This document shows positions 1 through 22,000 of a DNA stretch of 64,000 nt, piece after piece. Below the pieces are notes generated by a model. It worked only from the letters and a program-made list of their open reading frames with translations, was not told where the DNA came from and ran no database searches. Positions within the stretch are counted from its first letter, which is position 1; each line of letters starts with the position of its first letter. Location of the stretch: positions 3,646,690-3,710,689 of the forward strand of contig CM119269.1 of the NCBI GenBank assembly GCA_051294375.1. Reading direction: 5' to 3'. Origin of the DNA: Paraspadella gotoi. Its lineage: Eukaryota > Animalia > Chaetognatha. Made by a program: the position numbers and the translations under genes.

Positions 1-28
1 TTGGCCAACGACGAGAGTGGCCACGCAG

Positions 29-5314
<5,286 letters not shown>

Positions 5315-6315
5315 ACGTCGTCGTTGTTTGTTGCTTCTTTAATATTGTATTGGTTGTTATTATTTTAGTTAATGTATCTCTTACATTTGTTAATTTCCTC
5401 GTTGCCTAGTCGACGACCAAGTGAAAAACATCGTTTTTGTATTAGTATCGATGGGATACAACAATTGCAAAAAAGCTACTTATTAGGTCGATCAAGCTTA
5501 AAAAATTCCCTACTTGTATGAAATTGGTACAACCAATATAATATATTTGATATATTACATTGTATTTTTTTACAATAGTTTTCCCTCTCAGGAAACTCAA
5601 AAGTCACTTTTTATTTTATTTTTTTTTTTTGCTCTATTTGCTACGGAACTTGTTACAAAGTTTATTGATACGCCCTTTATTTTTTTAAAGTTTACTAGAA
5701 GAGCACAGGGTCACGCTTTCCTAACTCGTACTTAGGACAAACATTTCATCCCCGAATCACCTTTTTTTAATTTCCATTTATTTTATTTTTACTATCTGAG
5801 TAAAAAACAGCTTGTAAAATGAAATTTAGGCTCAATACTTATGTTACTATCTACGTCCGTATAAGATACGTATACTTGATTTTGGTGTTAGCCCAGTATT
5901 TATTCTAGACATTTGACTTCATGTTAATTTTTGAATTTTCTATACAATTTGAACAATTTCAGACCTGCTTTTTTTATTACTGAAAGACAGCTTCTTCTGA
6001 CAGATACTCAGACAAATTCAGAAAGATCGATAGATCATGAGATGGGAGAACGAGAAGATAAAGAAAAAGATCCATAATTGTTCTTTTTAAGATCTTTACA
6101 CCCTGTAGAAAAACTTTTTACCCTTTGACACAACCATTCTACACTCGAAAACAAACAAGTTTTGATGGACGCCATATTTACGTGAGAATACGCCCTTTTT
6201 TTTTTAGCCCAAACATTCTATCAATTCATTTCAGTTCCCCTGTTTTTTCCACCCTCATTCCTTCGTTTCGTATTCCCTCACTCGCCGTCCCTCCTTATCG
6301 CGCCATTCGCCTCTC

Positions 6316-6700
6316 TCAGCGCGCCACGCGATCCTCATGCGCGCCACCTTTTCCCCTTACCATGCGCGCCTCCACGCAAAAACGCGTCGTGACGCAGAAT
6401 TCCTCCGTCGCATCTCGTTCGAATCGACGACGACGACGACGCGCCCACTTTTCCGCGCTTTTTTGCATTCGTTTTTCTTTGATGGCCTCGTCGTCGTCGT
6501 CGTCGTCGCCGTCATCTTCGTCGTTGTCATCATCGTCGACGGTGTTTTCGTCCGACGTCTTTGTTCTTAATTTTACTTCTTTTTTTTGGTCGGGACTGTT
6601 GACGTCAGCTTTAGTTGACGAAGTCAGTTCAGTTGACGACATCAGCTTCCTCGAGGTCGTCTTTCGTTCTCGTTCATTTCGTCTTCTTTGTCGACGCCAT
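6316..6700 (-). other. Possible exon or small gene (108-aa acidic/basic ORF), function unknown
   Basis: GC/CpG-rich island with exon-like composition, ORF 6642-6316 (poly-D then KWARRRRRR), CAAGATGGCG motif upstream and a candidate G|GTAAGG donor; no recognisable domain. Confidence 0.25.
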
Positions 6701-6937
6701 CTTGGATTTGCCTTTTTTCTTTTTCACCAAAAGTCAATATAATTTAAAAAAAAAAAACAACTCTTTTTAAATGATAACTTACGAATGGATGTTTGTCTGC
6801 CAAGGGATATTGAAATAGGTTCTAAAAGCTTGCAATTTTGATAGATGAAAATGACAAAGTGGTGGAACTAAACTCGTTTATTTACCATGTCGAATTTATT
6901 TTTCACCTTTGTTACTTAATTGTTACTTAATTATGCA

Positions 6938-7148
6938 TATATGGTGGACTAAATTCCACCAACCGTTCAATATAAACAGTCCCTGAGCTTCGGATCAGGA
7001 GTTACAGGCGGATCAAGCGCCCCGTCCCTCTTAACTGCTAGGCGGCCACCGGGCTAGAACCCCGGACCTTTGGATTGGGAGGCGAATGACTTGCCTCCGG
7101 CACCAATGGCCGCTGATGAACGGTTGGTGGATTTTAGTCCACCATACA
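6938..7148 (-). mobile_element. Solo-LTR derivative of the tRNA-bearing TRIM family, with ~30-bp terminal inverted repeat
   Basis: Reverse complement matches the LTRs at 32319/32737 from TGTATGGTGGAC through TTGAACGGTT. 6940-6969 and 7117-7146 are inverted repeats with 1 mismatch. The tRNA-like segment lies at 7042-7113. Confidence 0.85.
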
Positions 7149-7829
7149 TAGTAATTAAATAAGGCCTAATAATAATAATAAGGAATAATAATCGAACCTA
7201 AAACCTAGAACACTGACAAAGTCCCATGGGACATGACTAAATAAAAGGCGTTGTTACGGGTTGTTACGAGAGTGGTGACACCGCGGTCAGGAGTTATTAT
7301 TAGCGCGGCTTCTCAAAAATGTCATTAGAGTCTAAAATTCAATTTCTACTTCAATAAAAAAACTTTTATAAACATTTTGAAATGCTTCTAATTGCTGGAA
7401 AAGAAAAGAACGACCTAAAATCTGTCTCGTGGCTGACGACGTATTGACAAACTCCTAAGACTTTTTAACTTAAAATAAATTGATCGCAAGTTTACAAGTT
7501 TTGAGGATTTTACCGTAACGCCGTGAGCGAACTAGTGTTTTCTGACTTGCTATTTATTTATAGAGATTCGAAGAATGTAAATTTAGTAATATTTATTGTA
7601 GTTGACATAACATGAGCGTGAGACGTGAAGCAAGTAGAAGGGAGACTATTTCTAAAGATATACAAAAGAAAAAGAACTTATTAAAAAAAGTCAACTTTAA
7701 GTTTAACCATAAAATTACAAAATATCATTTTAAATGCTTACCGACTGTCACGAATCATTGGTAACTTATCCTCTTAGTTTTAGGTAAGCACATCTCTTTT
7801 ATATCTTTGGTTAAGGTACAATCATAAGG

Positions 7830-8035
7830 ACTAACCAATCAGAGAGCGACGTTTAAAATACTTAATCAATCAGATACTTCGTAAGCAACAAAAATACGAA
7901 TTCAATAATAAAAAAAAGGCATCAAACAACCGAGAGACTATCTCGTAACAAATAAAAATTTAACAACAAGTAAAAGTAAAAGTGAAAGCGACGTCAAAGT
8001 TTTTTTTTTCTTTCTTTGCTCGTGACGTCATTACG
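7830..8035. promoter_or_regulatory. Candidate promoter (CCAAT box plus CRE palindrome)
   Basis: AACCAATCAG at ~7833 and TGACGTCA at 8023-8030, between the small minus-strand island and the GPCR. Confidence 0.25.
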
Positions 8036-8662
8036 CGGCCAACCTGCGTTTTTCTCATCCAGTTTTCTCCACGACTCAAATCTTTAACGACTTTTTCGAA
8101 AAAAAAATAACCGAGTTTGAGTCCACCTGAACCTTTTTTTCTTGCTGCTGCGTCTGCTCCTGCGTCTGCTCCTGCGTCTTGGAGTAAAACCGCGAAATTT
8201 GAATGGAAATTGAGGAAAAGATTATTCTGTTTCGTCGATCCTTTTCCCCGAGCTCCGGTTTCGATGAACACTGATAACAACCTGGGAATAACTCAAAGAT
8301 GTTCCACTATCACCTTTTTTTAAAATAGACTCGCCAGGAAGAAGGCACAGTAATTAAATAAGGCTTAACTTGTAGATAATAAATGAAACAATAACCGAAA
8401 TCAATAAACAATAGGTCATTATCAATTTATGTAGCGGTTCGAAAGAGGTGGCCGATTCTTTCAAGGACTACAAATAAAAAAAAGCCTTACCCAAGTAATA
8501 TTTATTTCATAAAATTCCTATTTAGAAAACAACGCTCGTTTCTCTGTCTCTCTCTATATCTTTTACTACATTTTTAGAGTTGATTTTTTGGTCAAATGCT
8601 GAATAAAAATAGAAATTAATGAATGCAGTCCAAATAAATTTTTCATCGCCATAATGTTTCCT

Positions 8663-8787
<125 letters not shown>

Positions 8788-8914
8788 ACCCTCAGTCACT
8801 TTCAGTTTCAGAAATGTGAGTGGTTTCGACCGGAAGAGCCGCAATGGAAAATGCCAGTTGTGGGTCATACTGTCAAGATGAGGTCAGTTTACATCAAATG
8901 CCATTAGAATCTTA

Positions 8915-8983
<69 letters not shown>

Positions 8984-9675
8984 ACTCTTTCTCTCTTTCT
9001 CTCCTTATCCCTTTTTCCGTACCATCTGCTTCAAGAAAGAGAAATGTTCCAGCGATGGAATTTCGAAGTCATTCCCTTTTTTGGCTTCGCTGAGATTAAA
9101 GGATGAGACACGCGTCACATCCCCTAATTCACACAGAAAACATAATGTATTTTTCCTTCGATTTTTATTTTCAGACCGTTACTATCTAAAGAACCTTTTT
9201 TAATTTACGCAATTCTATTCCTTGTCTGATGGACTTATTACGGTAATCAAATCAGAAATATCGCATTGCCCTCAGCTCCACCACGGTGCATAGAGACAAA
9301 ACCCTTTATGACAGTATTTGCCAGTTTCTAATTCGTCATATTCGAGATATTTTTTTACAGAACCTAATTCTGTATCAAACTTTCATTTGTCTTTCAACTC
9401 CAACAATCTCAACTGTATTTCCAGTTTCTTATAAATCCTTACTAAATCTAAAACTCCGCAGAGAACAACGACCAATTTTCACACACTCGACGAGTCGACC
9501 TGTTTCCACTTAGTTTTCTAAATCCATCAGTCTCGAAGCCAAAGACTACAAATTCTCCGCTTCGCTTCATATATATTATCTTCCTCCTCCTCCTCCTCCT
9601 CCTCCCCCCCGTCCTTACCAGACATCTTACCTTTCTTCTCCAACGATTAATTTCCCTTTCATTTATTTTCCTCAG

Positions 9676-12600
9676 GATTGGGACGAGGCCGACGCCGGCG
9701 TCTCTCTCGTCTCTTATTGGATCCTCGTCGTCGGCGTCGGCTCCTTGTGTCTGTCCGGCCTCGTAGGCAACATCATCACCGTCGTGGTGAGTATGTTGGC
9801 GGATGGGGGGGTAGGTGAGGGCGGATGGGGGGGTAGGTGGGGGCGAATTGGGGGTAAGTGTGGGTGGATGGGGGGTAAGTGTGGGCGGATGGGGGGGGTA
9901 AGTGTGGGCGGATGGGGGGGTAAGTGTGTGTGAACAGATTTCTTTCAAAATTGTAAAAAGTATGAAGTATGAAATACTCATTTTTGATAAATTCAATTTA
10001 ACAACCGACAAACGCAGAAAAAAAAACCCGAATTCGTAAGATCTAAAAAAATTATGGGATTGAAAAGGATTTCTTCCAGATTAAGTAATTATTTCGGGAA
10101 TCAAAAGAAATTCATGAGTTGAACAACAAATCTTTCGCTTCCATCAAGATAAAAAGAAATCAACTCATTGAAATATGAGTTTTATATTTAGTAAATTAAA
10201 TACAATACCATTCGATCGATGCTGGTAAAAAATCTAGCAAGATACTCGATTATGTATTTAATGAATAGATAATTTTAATATTGGTTGTATTAATTTCATA
10301 TAGAGATTGGAATACCTATATGTATGTATAATTGTATATATATGTAAGGTTTCGATTACTAGTCCGAGACATGCATTAGACATAATATATACATATGAAG
10401 GAAACTAACAGCCATCATATTCATATTAAGCCTGGCTTCAAAACCCAACTTAACCCAAGCTCAAGTGGATTTCAATCGCAGGCTAAGCGAGACACGCGCG
10501 CCAATATCAAAAGGAATATCTTTCGCGACGATTCACTTCGTTCTCACAATCTTGTGATAAAACCGAGTTTCCTCGTTTCACAGGTTTTATTGGCGGATTC
10601 GAAGATCAGGAGAAAGTCCACAGTAATTTGGTTGCTGGGGATTGCAGTCACGGACGCCATCTTCTTGCTGTGTGAGTATAGATTTAGACTTAACATTTAG
10701 TAATAGGGATGATGATGATGATGATCAGGATGACGAAGATGTTTTTTATTTTGATGATTAAACGGAAAATATTACTGAGATCGTTAATAATTGTTTGCTT
10801 ACATGATATGTGATATATGTGATATATATATATGATAAATATAATCTATTTTTTATTTAGATCGGTAGATAACAATTTTAAAATTGTTATTTGTATAAAA
10901 AAGTAAAATCGTTATTTGCCTTCGATGAAACCAAAGAAAATGCTTTTAATCTCTTCTTCTATCCCTCGCCCGCTCTCTTTTTTGACACACTCTCTCTCTC
11001 TCTCTCTCTCTCTCTCTNNNNNNNNNNTTTCTTCAAATATCTTTTTGGAGGGATATATATATTTTTTTAATTTTTAGCCTCCTTTGATCCGTTTTGGTTT
11101 TTGTTTTCTCCAGAGAAATGAATATTTCATTTTTTAATAATATGAAAATTGACACTCAGAATATAATCCAAAAATCTAAAAATCTAAGAATCCAAAAATA
11201 TAAGAATCTTTCTATGAGAGAATGCAAGAGACAGAGAGACACCGTGAGACACGGTGAGAAAGCTAAAAAAAAGAGTGGTTTTGATCTTTGTGAATCCCAA
11301 AAAGTTTTCTTTACATATCTCTGTCACAAATCAACTGTTGTTCACTGCTTCACTGCTACTACTAATTTCCACTTCCTCGTCAATTCTCCCTTGAAGGCAC
11401 TCTCTGGATGACGGTCCTTCCCACCCTCGGGTCGCACCATGGATTCTCCCCAAGCTTCTTTTCTTTTTGGGCGAAGCTGTCCTCCCAGTCGCAGTACATC
11501 TCCAGGTCTCGGTGGTTTGCTCACTTGATTATTCGATGTAAATGTAAATTTGCCATTTGGCCAAGCTCTAAGCCATAAATTTTGTTGGTTTATTTACAAT
11601 TTATTTATTTAGATTTTTAAAAAATATTTTTGCTAATTGCTAGGGTACCTAAACTTTAAAAAAAAAATTATAATTACTATTTTTTAAATCGATTTTTAAC
11701 ACAAAATGTTTTTTTTTTACTTCTTGCACAGAACAAATCATCTGCTTAACATGTGGGTAACAGTCGGTCTGTTTTTAGAGCGTTACATCGTCGTATGTCA
11801 TCCTCTCAAGGTTAAATTGTTTACTCGAAGTTTACTAGTACAGAGTCAATTTATTATTTAGATATTAACTAACTCCACTCCCTTCAGGCGGGTCTCTGGT
11901 GCAGCATCAAGCGAAGCCTCGGACTCCTCGTCATTATTATCGTCTTTTGTTCGCTATTTTGTCTCCCGATTTTGTTCGAGTTTGAGGAAGTCAGCGCCAT
12001 CGACACCACATCGCAAAGGTGACTATTACGTATATTTTAACGTATATAAAGATTAATTTCGAACTATTAATACAATTCGAATTATTTACATAAAGTTTTT
12101 TTTGCAAAATTTATAGTACTTGACATACGAAAGTAAGGACGAAAAAAGCTTGTCGAAATTGTACGGTTAAAGCTTAAACTCGATTGACTGCATATAAAAA
12201 GTACTTATTCTTTCCGATTTTCTAAAAAAGGACGGACCATCCGACTCGATATATGACGCGTCTTTCCCTAACGGGTAATTAGAGCGCAAAGTCTTTCGTG
12301 AAGATTGTATTGCCAATCGGGCAATTAATTCGATTTATGGGGAGAAAAAAGGTGCTTGATGAAGGAAATATTTCTCCTGATGAATCCAGTAGATTTATGG
12401 CTGATGATTTGCGTCCAATTACCGGAGCTCTGACCCCTAGGGTACGTTTCAACGCTTTCGTCGACAATAAATAATGAAAGAAGCTTAATCAACCTTACAT
12501 GTAATGACTGTCTGCAAAACAATGCTGGAAATCTGGGGTCGAATTAAAAAACATTTTCAATTCAAGTCATGTGCATCTGGGTTCAATCTCAGTAAACGCG

Positions 12601-14198
12601 ACATTTAATCAGAATCCACGTCATCGGAGTTGACAAACTAGACGTGGCCAACCTCACGTCTTTCATAATAAATTTCACTTAATTCTACGCAAGAAGAGAC
12701 ACACTCTCACCCTACCCCTTTCACATTTTCTTCTCCACCCTCCAGACTGCACTTCAAAGAGAGCAACCTGCGGGCCAGCACGCTCTACAAGTGGATGTAC
12801 ATGTTTGCGCTGAACATGATGTTCAGATTCGCCGTTCCCTTCGGCCTTATCATCTTCATGGCCGCCAAAGTAATCGATTCGATGACCAAGAGCAAGAATT
12901 TCCAGCAACAGGTCACCTTCCGGACGAAAAGGAACTGTCTGGGTGAGTGATAGATGATAGATGATAGTGATAGTGATCTAAAGAACAGACGAACGAACGA
13001 AAGAACGAATCAACGAAAGAACGAACGAACGAGCAAACCAATCGGCAATAAACAAAGCAGGAAATGACGCAAACTAAACGAAGAAATCGTTCAAACTCGC
13101 CTTTCAGAATTAATATTTAAAACAGTATTTAAACAAAAGCGACAGAAATATATGTAATTAAGCTAATTTTCTCGTCCTCCTTCGGAAAAGCGAAAAAATA
13201 ATTTATCATTTTACATAGTATTTTGTTTCACTCAAGCTTTCTCTTCTTTTATTCACTTATGAACGTTTAAATTTCAATTTAAATAATACAAAAAATATTT
13301 TAAATTTAGGTCGCCATTTACAAAATAAATTGTTTATTTCATGAATTTTCTGAAACGAATGAGAAAGATATAAATATAAATAACTTTAAAATTCGCTTTG
13401 GAATTAGAGTGTTTAATTATGTCAGACATCCGAATATGTTTTCCTCGTCTCCTGGCAACCATTTTCCAGCCGCAGGACCCGGGGCTCGCAACTCGCAATC
13501 GGTCCCGTCGCCGACGCGAAACGAAAAGAGCGTCACTCAGACCTGCGTCGCCATCGTCGTCGTCTTTCTCGTCTGTCAACTTCCGGTCTGGGCGCTGGGC
13601 GTCATCAACCAACTGGAGGACGTTTGCGATTGGAACATCTTGCAGGACATTCCACGCACCATCGGTGAGATAAATTAAAGAGTAGTATTAAAACTATTAC
13701 TGTTACTAATACTATTAGCTTAAGCAAGAGCATGAGCAGAAAATTTATGGGGTTTGAGGTGGGATCGGTCCCGCGGGAGATATCCCGCTCCATCTGTCTT
13801 GTTGAGGGGATCGTTCATAGAGAACGTACTTTCGGGATGTTTCAGGATATACCTTGCATTTCTAAAATTTTAATTGAAAGTGAACATTATTTAAGATTCA
13901 TTGCACAGAAACAGCGCGAGAACCTTCGATTGACTGACTCGATTTCCCATTATTGTATCGATTCATTGATTTGATTTCGTGTGTCGATGGAAAAGAAGGC
14001 GATGGAGTTCGAAAAGTCAAAAGTTGAAAACAGTTTCCTCTTTTTTTTTTTTTCTCGACAGCGGACTTCGCCGTGATTGTGCTCCTGTCTTTTAACTCCT
14101 CTTTCAATTTCGTCATCTACATCGTGATGAATCGATCCTTCAGGAAAACCCTCTGCTATCCGTTCCGAAGATTCTATCTCTGCTCCGGCGAAGCTTGA
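9676..14198 (+). CDS. Rhodopsin-class peptide GPCR, FMRFamide-receptor-like (N-terminal exon not located)
   Basis: Exons 9676-9786 (TM1 GLVGNIITVV), 10584-10671 (TM2 LGIAVTDAIFLL), 11397-11505, 11732-11810 (TM3 LERYIVVCHPLK), 11888-12018 (TM4), 12746-12942 (TM5 RFAVPFGLI), 13470-13664 (TM6 VFLVCQLP), 14062-14198 (TM7 NSSFNFVIY..FRKTL, TGA); phases are compatible. Confidence 0.88.
9798..9930 (+). repeat. G-rich minisatellite (~21-23 bp unit, ~6 copies) in a GPCR intron
   Basis: Repeats of GGCGGATGGGGGG(G)TAAGTGTG-like units. Confidence 0.8.
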
Positions 14199-15257
14199 AC
14201 GAGATTCGGAATCCAAGTGTTGCTTTCTGTTTTCTGTTTTGTGTTTTATTCGAAACACGGATCGGATTTTTTTTAAAAAGGTTTATTCAAATTTAGTGGT
14301 ATATTACAAATTTTGTGAAGAGTCTTGAATCGGCAAACGAATAATAAATAGACATTTATTATCCTCACAACTGCCAATAGTTCTAACCTTTCATGTGAAG
14401 GACTTATAACCAATGTCATTAAACGGATTAAAAGCGCCCCATCGTTCACTTTAATAGAAAAGGTTATGTAGTAGAATTATAAATTTATTAATGATGTCTT
14501 ATGTTAAATTTAGCATTGTGTGGTGGAACTCCAACTGTAAAAATCTTGGAAACCTTCATACAACTTTTTGAAAAAAAGGAAAAAGGTTAATTCGAACCAG
14601 TCAATTAGCATCGGAAACCACCGAGAAATTGTTTTATTATTTATTACATTTCAAACATATTTATTTTCAGAAAAACCTAAAACCAATATAGAGAAAAAAA
14701 AATCATATTTGTGTTTGCATCTATACGTATACTTAAACTTGTTTTGTTGTCCTGTGCTCAATTGGAATTTAAATAGTTTCATGCTTGTATATAGATTCCC
14801 AGTGAAAGAGTACTTATTGTCCAGATAATTTCTTATTGTGATATTGTACATATAAATTTTTGTGACTATATTTTGCCGATATTTTTTTTCAACTTGAAAT
14901 AGACTAGTTTTTATTTTACCATTTATACTAGTTCGCCAGTATGTTTCTGGAGTTTTAGTTGAGTAAAAAATAATAAAAGAAAGAAATAGTAGAAGATGTT
15001 TGATATTGGTTGCAACTAATTTTGACGCTGATGAAGGCTTGTGCAATGCACTACACAAAAAAGTAAAAAAAGAATTAAAAAATAAAATAATGATGTTTTA
15101 CATTTACTTTAGAGATGCATCTCTAAAGCCAAAACATGTACGTCTTGTTACAATAAAAATCGTTGTTGGAACCAATTTCAAACGTCTTCTACTAATTCAA
15201 AACAACGAAACGAAAGAAAGAAATAATAGAAATACGGATCGAGTAAATGTAAAACAT

Positions 15258-15478
15258 TGTGGCGGTATATTCACACCGCCTCACGTCCCTCATCCTTCAG
15301 CCAAATCCATTGGCTCAGAGGGGGAACACACCATCCCAAGCGTAGTGTTCCTTCCACAGTCCTGACGACTTCTATCTGCGTTGGCAAAGCGACACCGTCC
15401 TAGGGTAACCGCGAAACCCAAAGCCAACAGTGGGATGCCCCAATGGGCGTCACAGGAAACCCGGCTGTTGCCATAACA
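15258..15478 (-). mobile_element. 221-bp GC-rich, highly structured element with TG...CA ends (probable solo LTR)
   Basis: Minus strand starts TGTTATGGC and ends CCGCCACA; flanks ACAT/TCAT (3 of 4 match); many internal hairpins; sits in an AT-rich context. Confidence 0.45.
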
Positions 15479-16115
15479 TCATTATTTTGTTTTTTAATTC
15501 TTTTTTTACTTTTTTGTGTAGTTATAATGTGAATAATTACGCCACCGTGACTATAAAAAATATTAAAATTTTAAATCGATTGTGATGTAAGAAAGTTTTT
15601 TTAAAATAATTTAAATCAAAACCTTTCTTTAAACTGCAAGAATCTTGGCATATCCTTTGAAGAATGTAAAGAAATTGAGTCCGCGAAAGGAAAAGAGAAA
15701 ATTGGGTTGATAATAGATAAAGAGGGTCGTGGTTAACATGGGACTGGAAACGAAAAGAAAAGGTTTAAAGGAAAATTTAAGTGGAAATGAGCCAATGGCT
15801 AAGAAAATTATTACTGGTCAAGCGGCTTGTAAAAGACGTTGTGAGCGCCTCAAGTCACGATCGTGTCGTCAAAACCCCACCTAGCCTTGTGTCGTGAACA
15901 TCTTTCGAACAAATGAGCAACATGAAATTTAAGGATGGTAATGAGACTGTCTTTTCAATTCCATTCATAGCATTCGGGCGACCCTTTTAATTGCATCCAT
16001 CGACGCGAAATAATCATTTAATATTTCTAACCGTAATCATACGCCAAACCCAACCTCGGTTTTACTGCTTAACGTTTGATCTTATTTTGCCTTTTTTTCC
16101 TTATATTTTCTTTCC

Positions 16116-19090
<2,975 letters not shown>

Positions 19091-22000
19091 TTCTTCGTTT
19101 CCTTATTTTCTCCCATCTTTTTTTCCCTTTCACTATTTCTTTTTTTTTTTCTGGTTCTTTCTTTCTTTTGTTCTATTATCTCGCCTTCTCTATAAATCAC
19201 TCTTTCTCTCTCTGTCATCCTTATTTTCGGTTTTCTCCACATTCTTCTCCCCCTCCCGCCTTCCCCTCCCTTTCGCCACCCTCCGCCCCCCCCCTCCGTC
19301 CCCCCCTCACGCCTCCGGTCTTTTTGCTCCATTGTCGTTTCTCAGATCGTCTTTGGGAAGACAAAGCGAAAAATAAAAACGACAGTAACAACACCAGCAA
19401 TGAAAAGAGAAAAAAATATCTTCAGAACTTAAGATATGAAACAATATTATATATTTTAAAATTTATAAATTCTTATATATTATATTATTTATATATTATA
19501 CTGTATATAAAAGAAAGAAATAAATAAATTAAAAAAATAGAAAAAAGAAAGAAAGAAAAAGTAATAGAATCGTGAGCAGGAAAAAAATAGTCACAACTGA
19601 AGTCACTTATGAAGACAAATGGGGGAATTTGTAAAAGTGAAAGGGAGACCACAGAGGTTGTAATGATGCGGCGAAAGGTAAAGGTAAAAACTTAAAATTA
19701 TATTACATATAACAATAACCTAATAAAGGACGATAATAGTGAAGTTTTAGATATTTTTTTTTCAATAAAACAAAGTAAAAGTATCAAAGACAAAAAACAA
19801 AGTCTAAGACGAGGTGAGAAACGAATGATAGACGTGAGGAGAATGTTAATGTACACTCTAAGAATTTTCCTCTCATCAGCTCGTCGGAAAACACTCAACA
19901 GTCTGCCATTGACTGGACCTATTGATTGTAACTGATCACAAGTGGCTGCGAGATTTGTTCGGAGGTGGGCGTTTGGTGAAAAAAAAATGACGATCACGAC
20001 AAAGGCAGTCTGGCAACGGAACAATTTAGTTGTATTTAAATATTTTTTTGTATTTAAACGTTGCTATCGTTCCCCTAAGAAATATCTCCGTTTCTCTCTG
20101 TTCTTTCCCATAGAAGCTTCCAAAACGATTTTGCGATTCTTCTTTATTCGGTAAAAGATAAAAATCCTTTTTAAAGATAATGGGGTCTTTTCCTTCTTTT
20201 TTCGGTGACCTGGAGGCGGATTCTTGGCTCAAGATTTTGATTAAGGCAGAAAAGCGGTGCGTGTAGAAAATAACGGCAACTCGCGTCCAACCGACGTCGA
20301 TGAGCTGCGAATAAAGTCAAATTCAGACAATTTTTTACCATCGCAGATGGAATCAGAACCAAGAATGGAATCGAATCCGCGTCTCTACTTACTTAAATGT
20401 TACGAAAAGCATTATGATTTTGAAGGGAGATTGTATGGACCGGTTTGATTAAACGGCTTCTGTCTTGACCGAACGAGGACAAAGCAAAAAGAGAAGAATG
20501 TACGAAGTAACGTCGCCTTAAAATAGCGCATGGAACCAACTATATACTACACTTTAGTGTTCAGTGTGCACATTAACGCGGTAGTAGTAATCTATTTGTA
20601 GCTCTACTAAAAAAAAAAAAAAACAGAGCGAAGAGAACGGTGGCCATAAAGTCAGACAGTTAATTGTCGTATTACACTATTTCAATCTTTTTACTTTTTT
20701 TCTTTCCGGCTGAAATACTTGAGTTATTTTTCCAACGACCGTGAGCGTAGCCGAGTTTTCTCACCCTCTTCTTTCAAAAGGAAAACTTTTTTACTGACGT
20801 CTCATTTCTAAACTTTTTTTAACGATTCGCTCTTCGAACGGTCTGTCTGTCTATTGATCTGTCCGACGTATAACTCATTAGAATGGTAATCTTTTTAACG
20901 AATGTGATGGAATGGTTCTTATTTTAACTATTGTATCACAGCTTTTAGAGCTATTTTTCATGTGATATTCAAAAAAAAAATTTTAGTAATATATAACGAA
21001 AATAAAACTAGTTAATGTGAGAAGGAAAAGAGTCATTTTTTTTAATGTTCACGAATTTCATGATTCTGATTCACGCCACATATCTCGTCGTGAGTCGGTG
21101 AAGAGAATAAGGAAGAGAAGCGGAAAAAGGAATTCAGGCGAAAATCGTTAAAGGCTATTTTATTTCCATTTTTCTTATCCTTTATTTCTTTTTATTTCCA
21201 TTTTTCTTTCCATTTTTCTTGCCTCCTTTCTTATTCTGTTTTTTTTTATCTATAAGACTATAGATCTTATAATATTTTGTTTCATTTTAAATTCTTTTTT
21301 GCTTCAGTTTTCTTTTTAAGTTCTCTCAATTCTTGATAATTCTTAACAAATTTCTTTGGTCTATTTATTTTTATTTCTAGTTATAATTATTAATATTACG
21401 GTCATTTATCTTATTTCGGAGACGAGGTCGACCCACGAATTTGACGAGTGGTACTCTCGTATTCCGCTTTGCCATGTATCTAGCATTCGCCAGGGCATTT
21501 ATTCACTTCTTGGCAGTTAATCGCGAGGCGCTGTCTCCATGGCGAATTGCCAAGGCACTTTGACACCTTCCTTCCGGTCGAAGCAATTGTGCGTGCATGA
21601 GACGATCAGTGCATAACCCCGTAAACCGTCGAGAAAGATCACCAGAAAATCCCTCTAACTCAACCTTTGATCGGTTTTCGTGACATCCGTGACACTTAAT
21701 GAGATTCAAGGGCAAGTCGGATCCGACCAAAATCCCTCGATGTGACGAGGGATCAGGCCGGCGACACCTCGTGACTTTGGACGTCGCGTCCTCTGCCGGT
21801 TGAAGCGGAAGACGAGACGAGGGAGACATAAGCTGACATTCAAACAAATGAGCAATGGGACGAGATGAAAATCTATATTATTACAGTTATTGTTCTGCGG
21901 CAAAAGACGGGTTCAATCAATACTTCTAAATATAAAATTTGACGGAAGTTTAACGTTTTGAAAATTTTATTTAATCATTATAATTTATATAAGAAACATT

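Noticed and set aside
7105-7150. Hammerhead ribozyme suggested by CTGATGA next to a hairpin in the LTR (retrozyme hypothesis)
   Set aside because: No GAAA core after a closing stem II, and no stems I/III.
15355-15425. Hammerhead suggested by CTGACGA...CGAAAC
   Set aside because: Stem II cannot close (C opposite C) and the flanking stems do not form.
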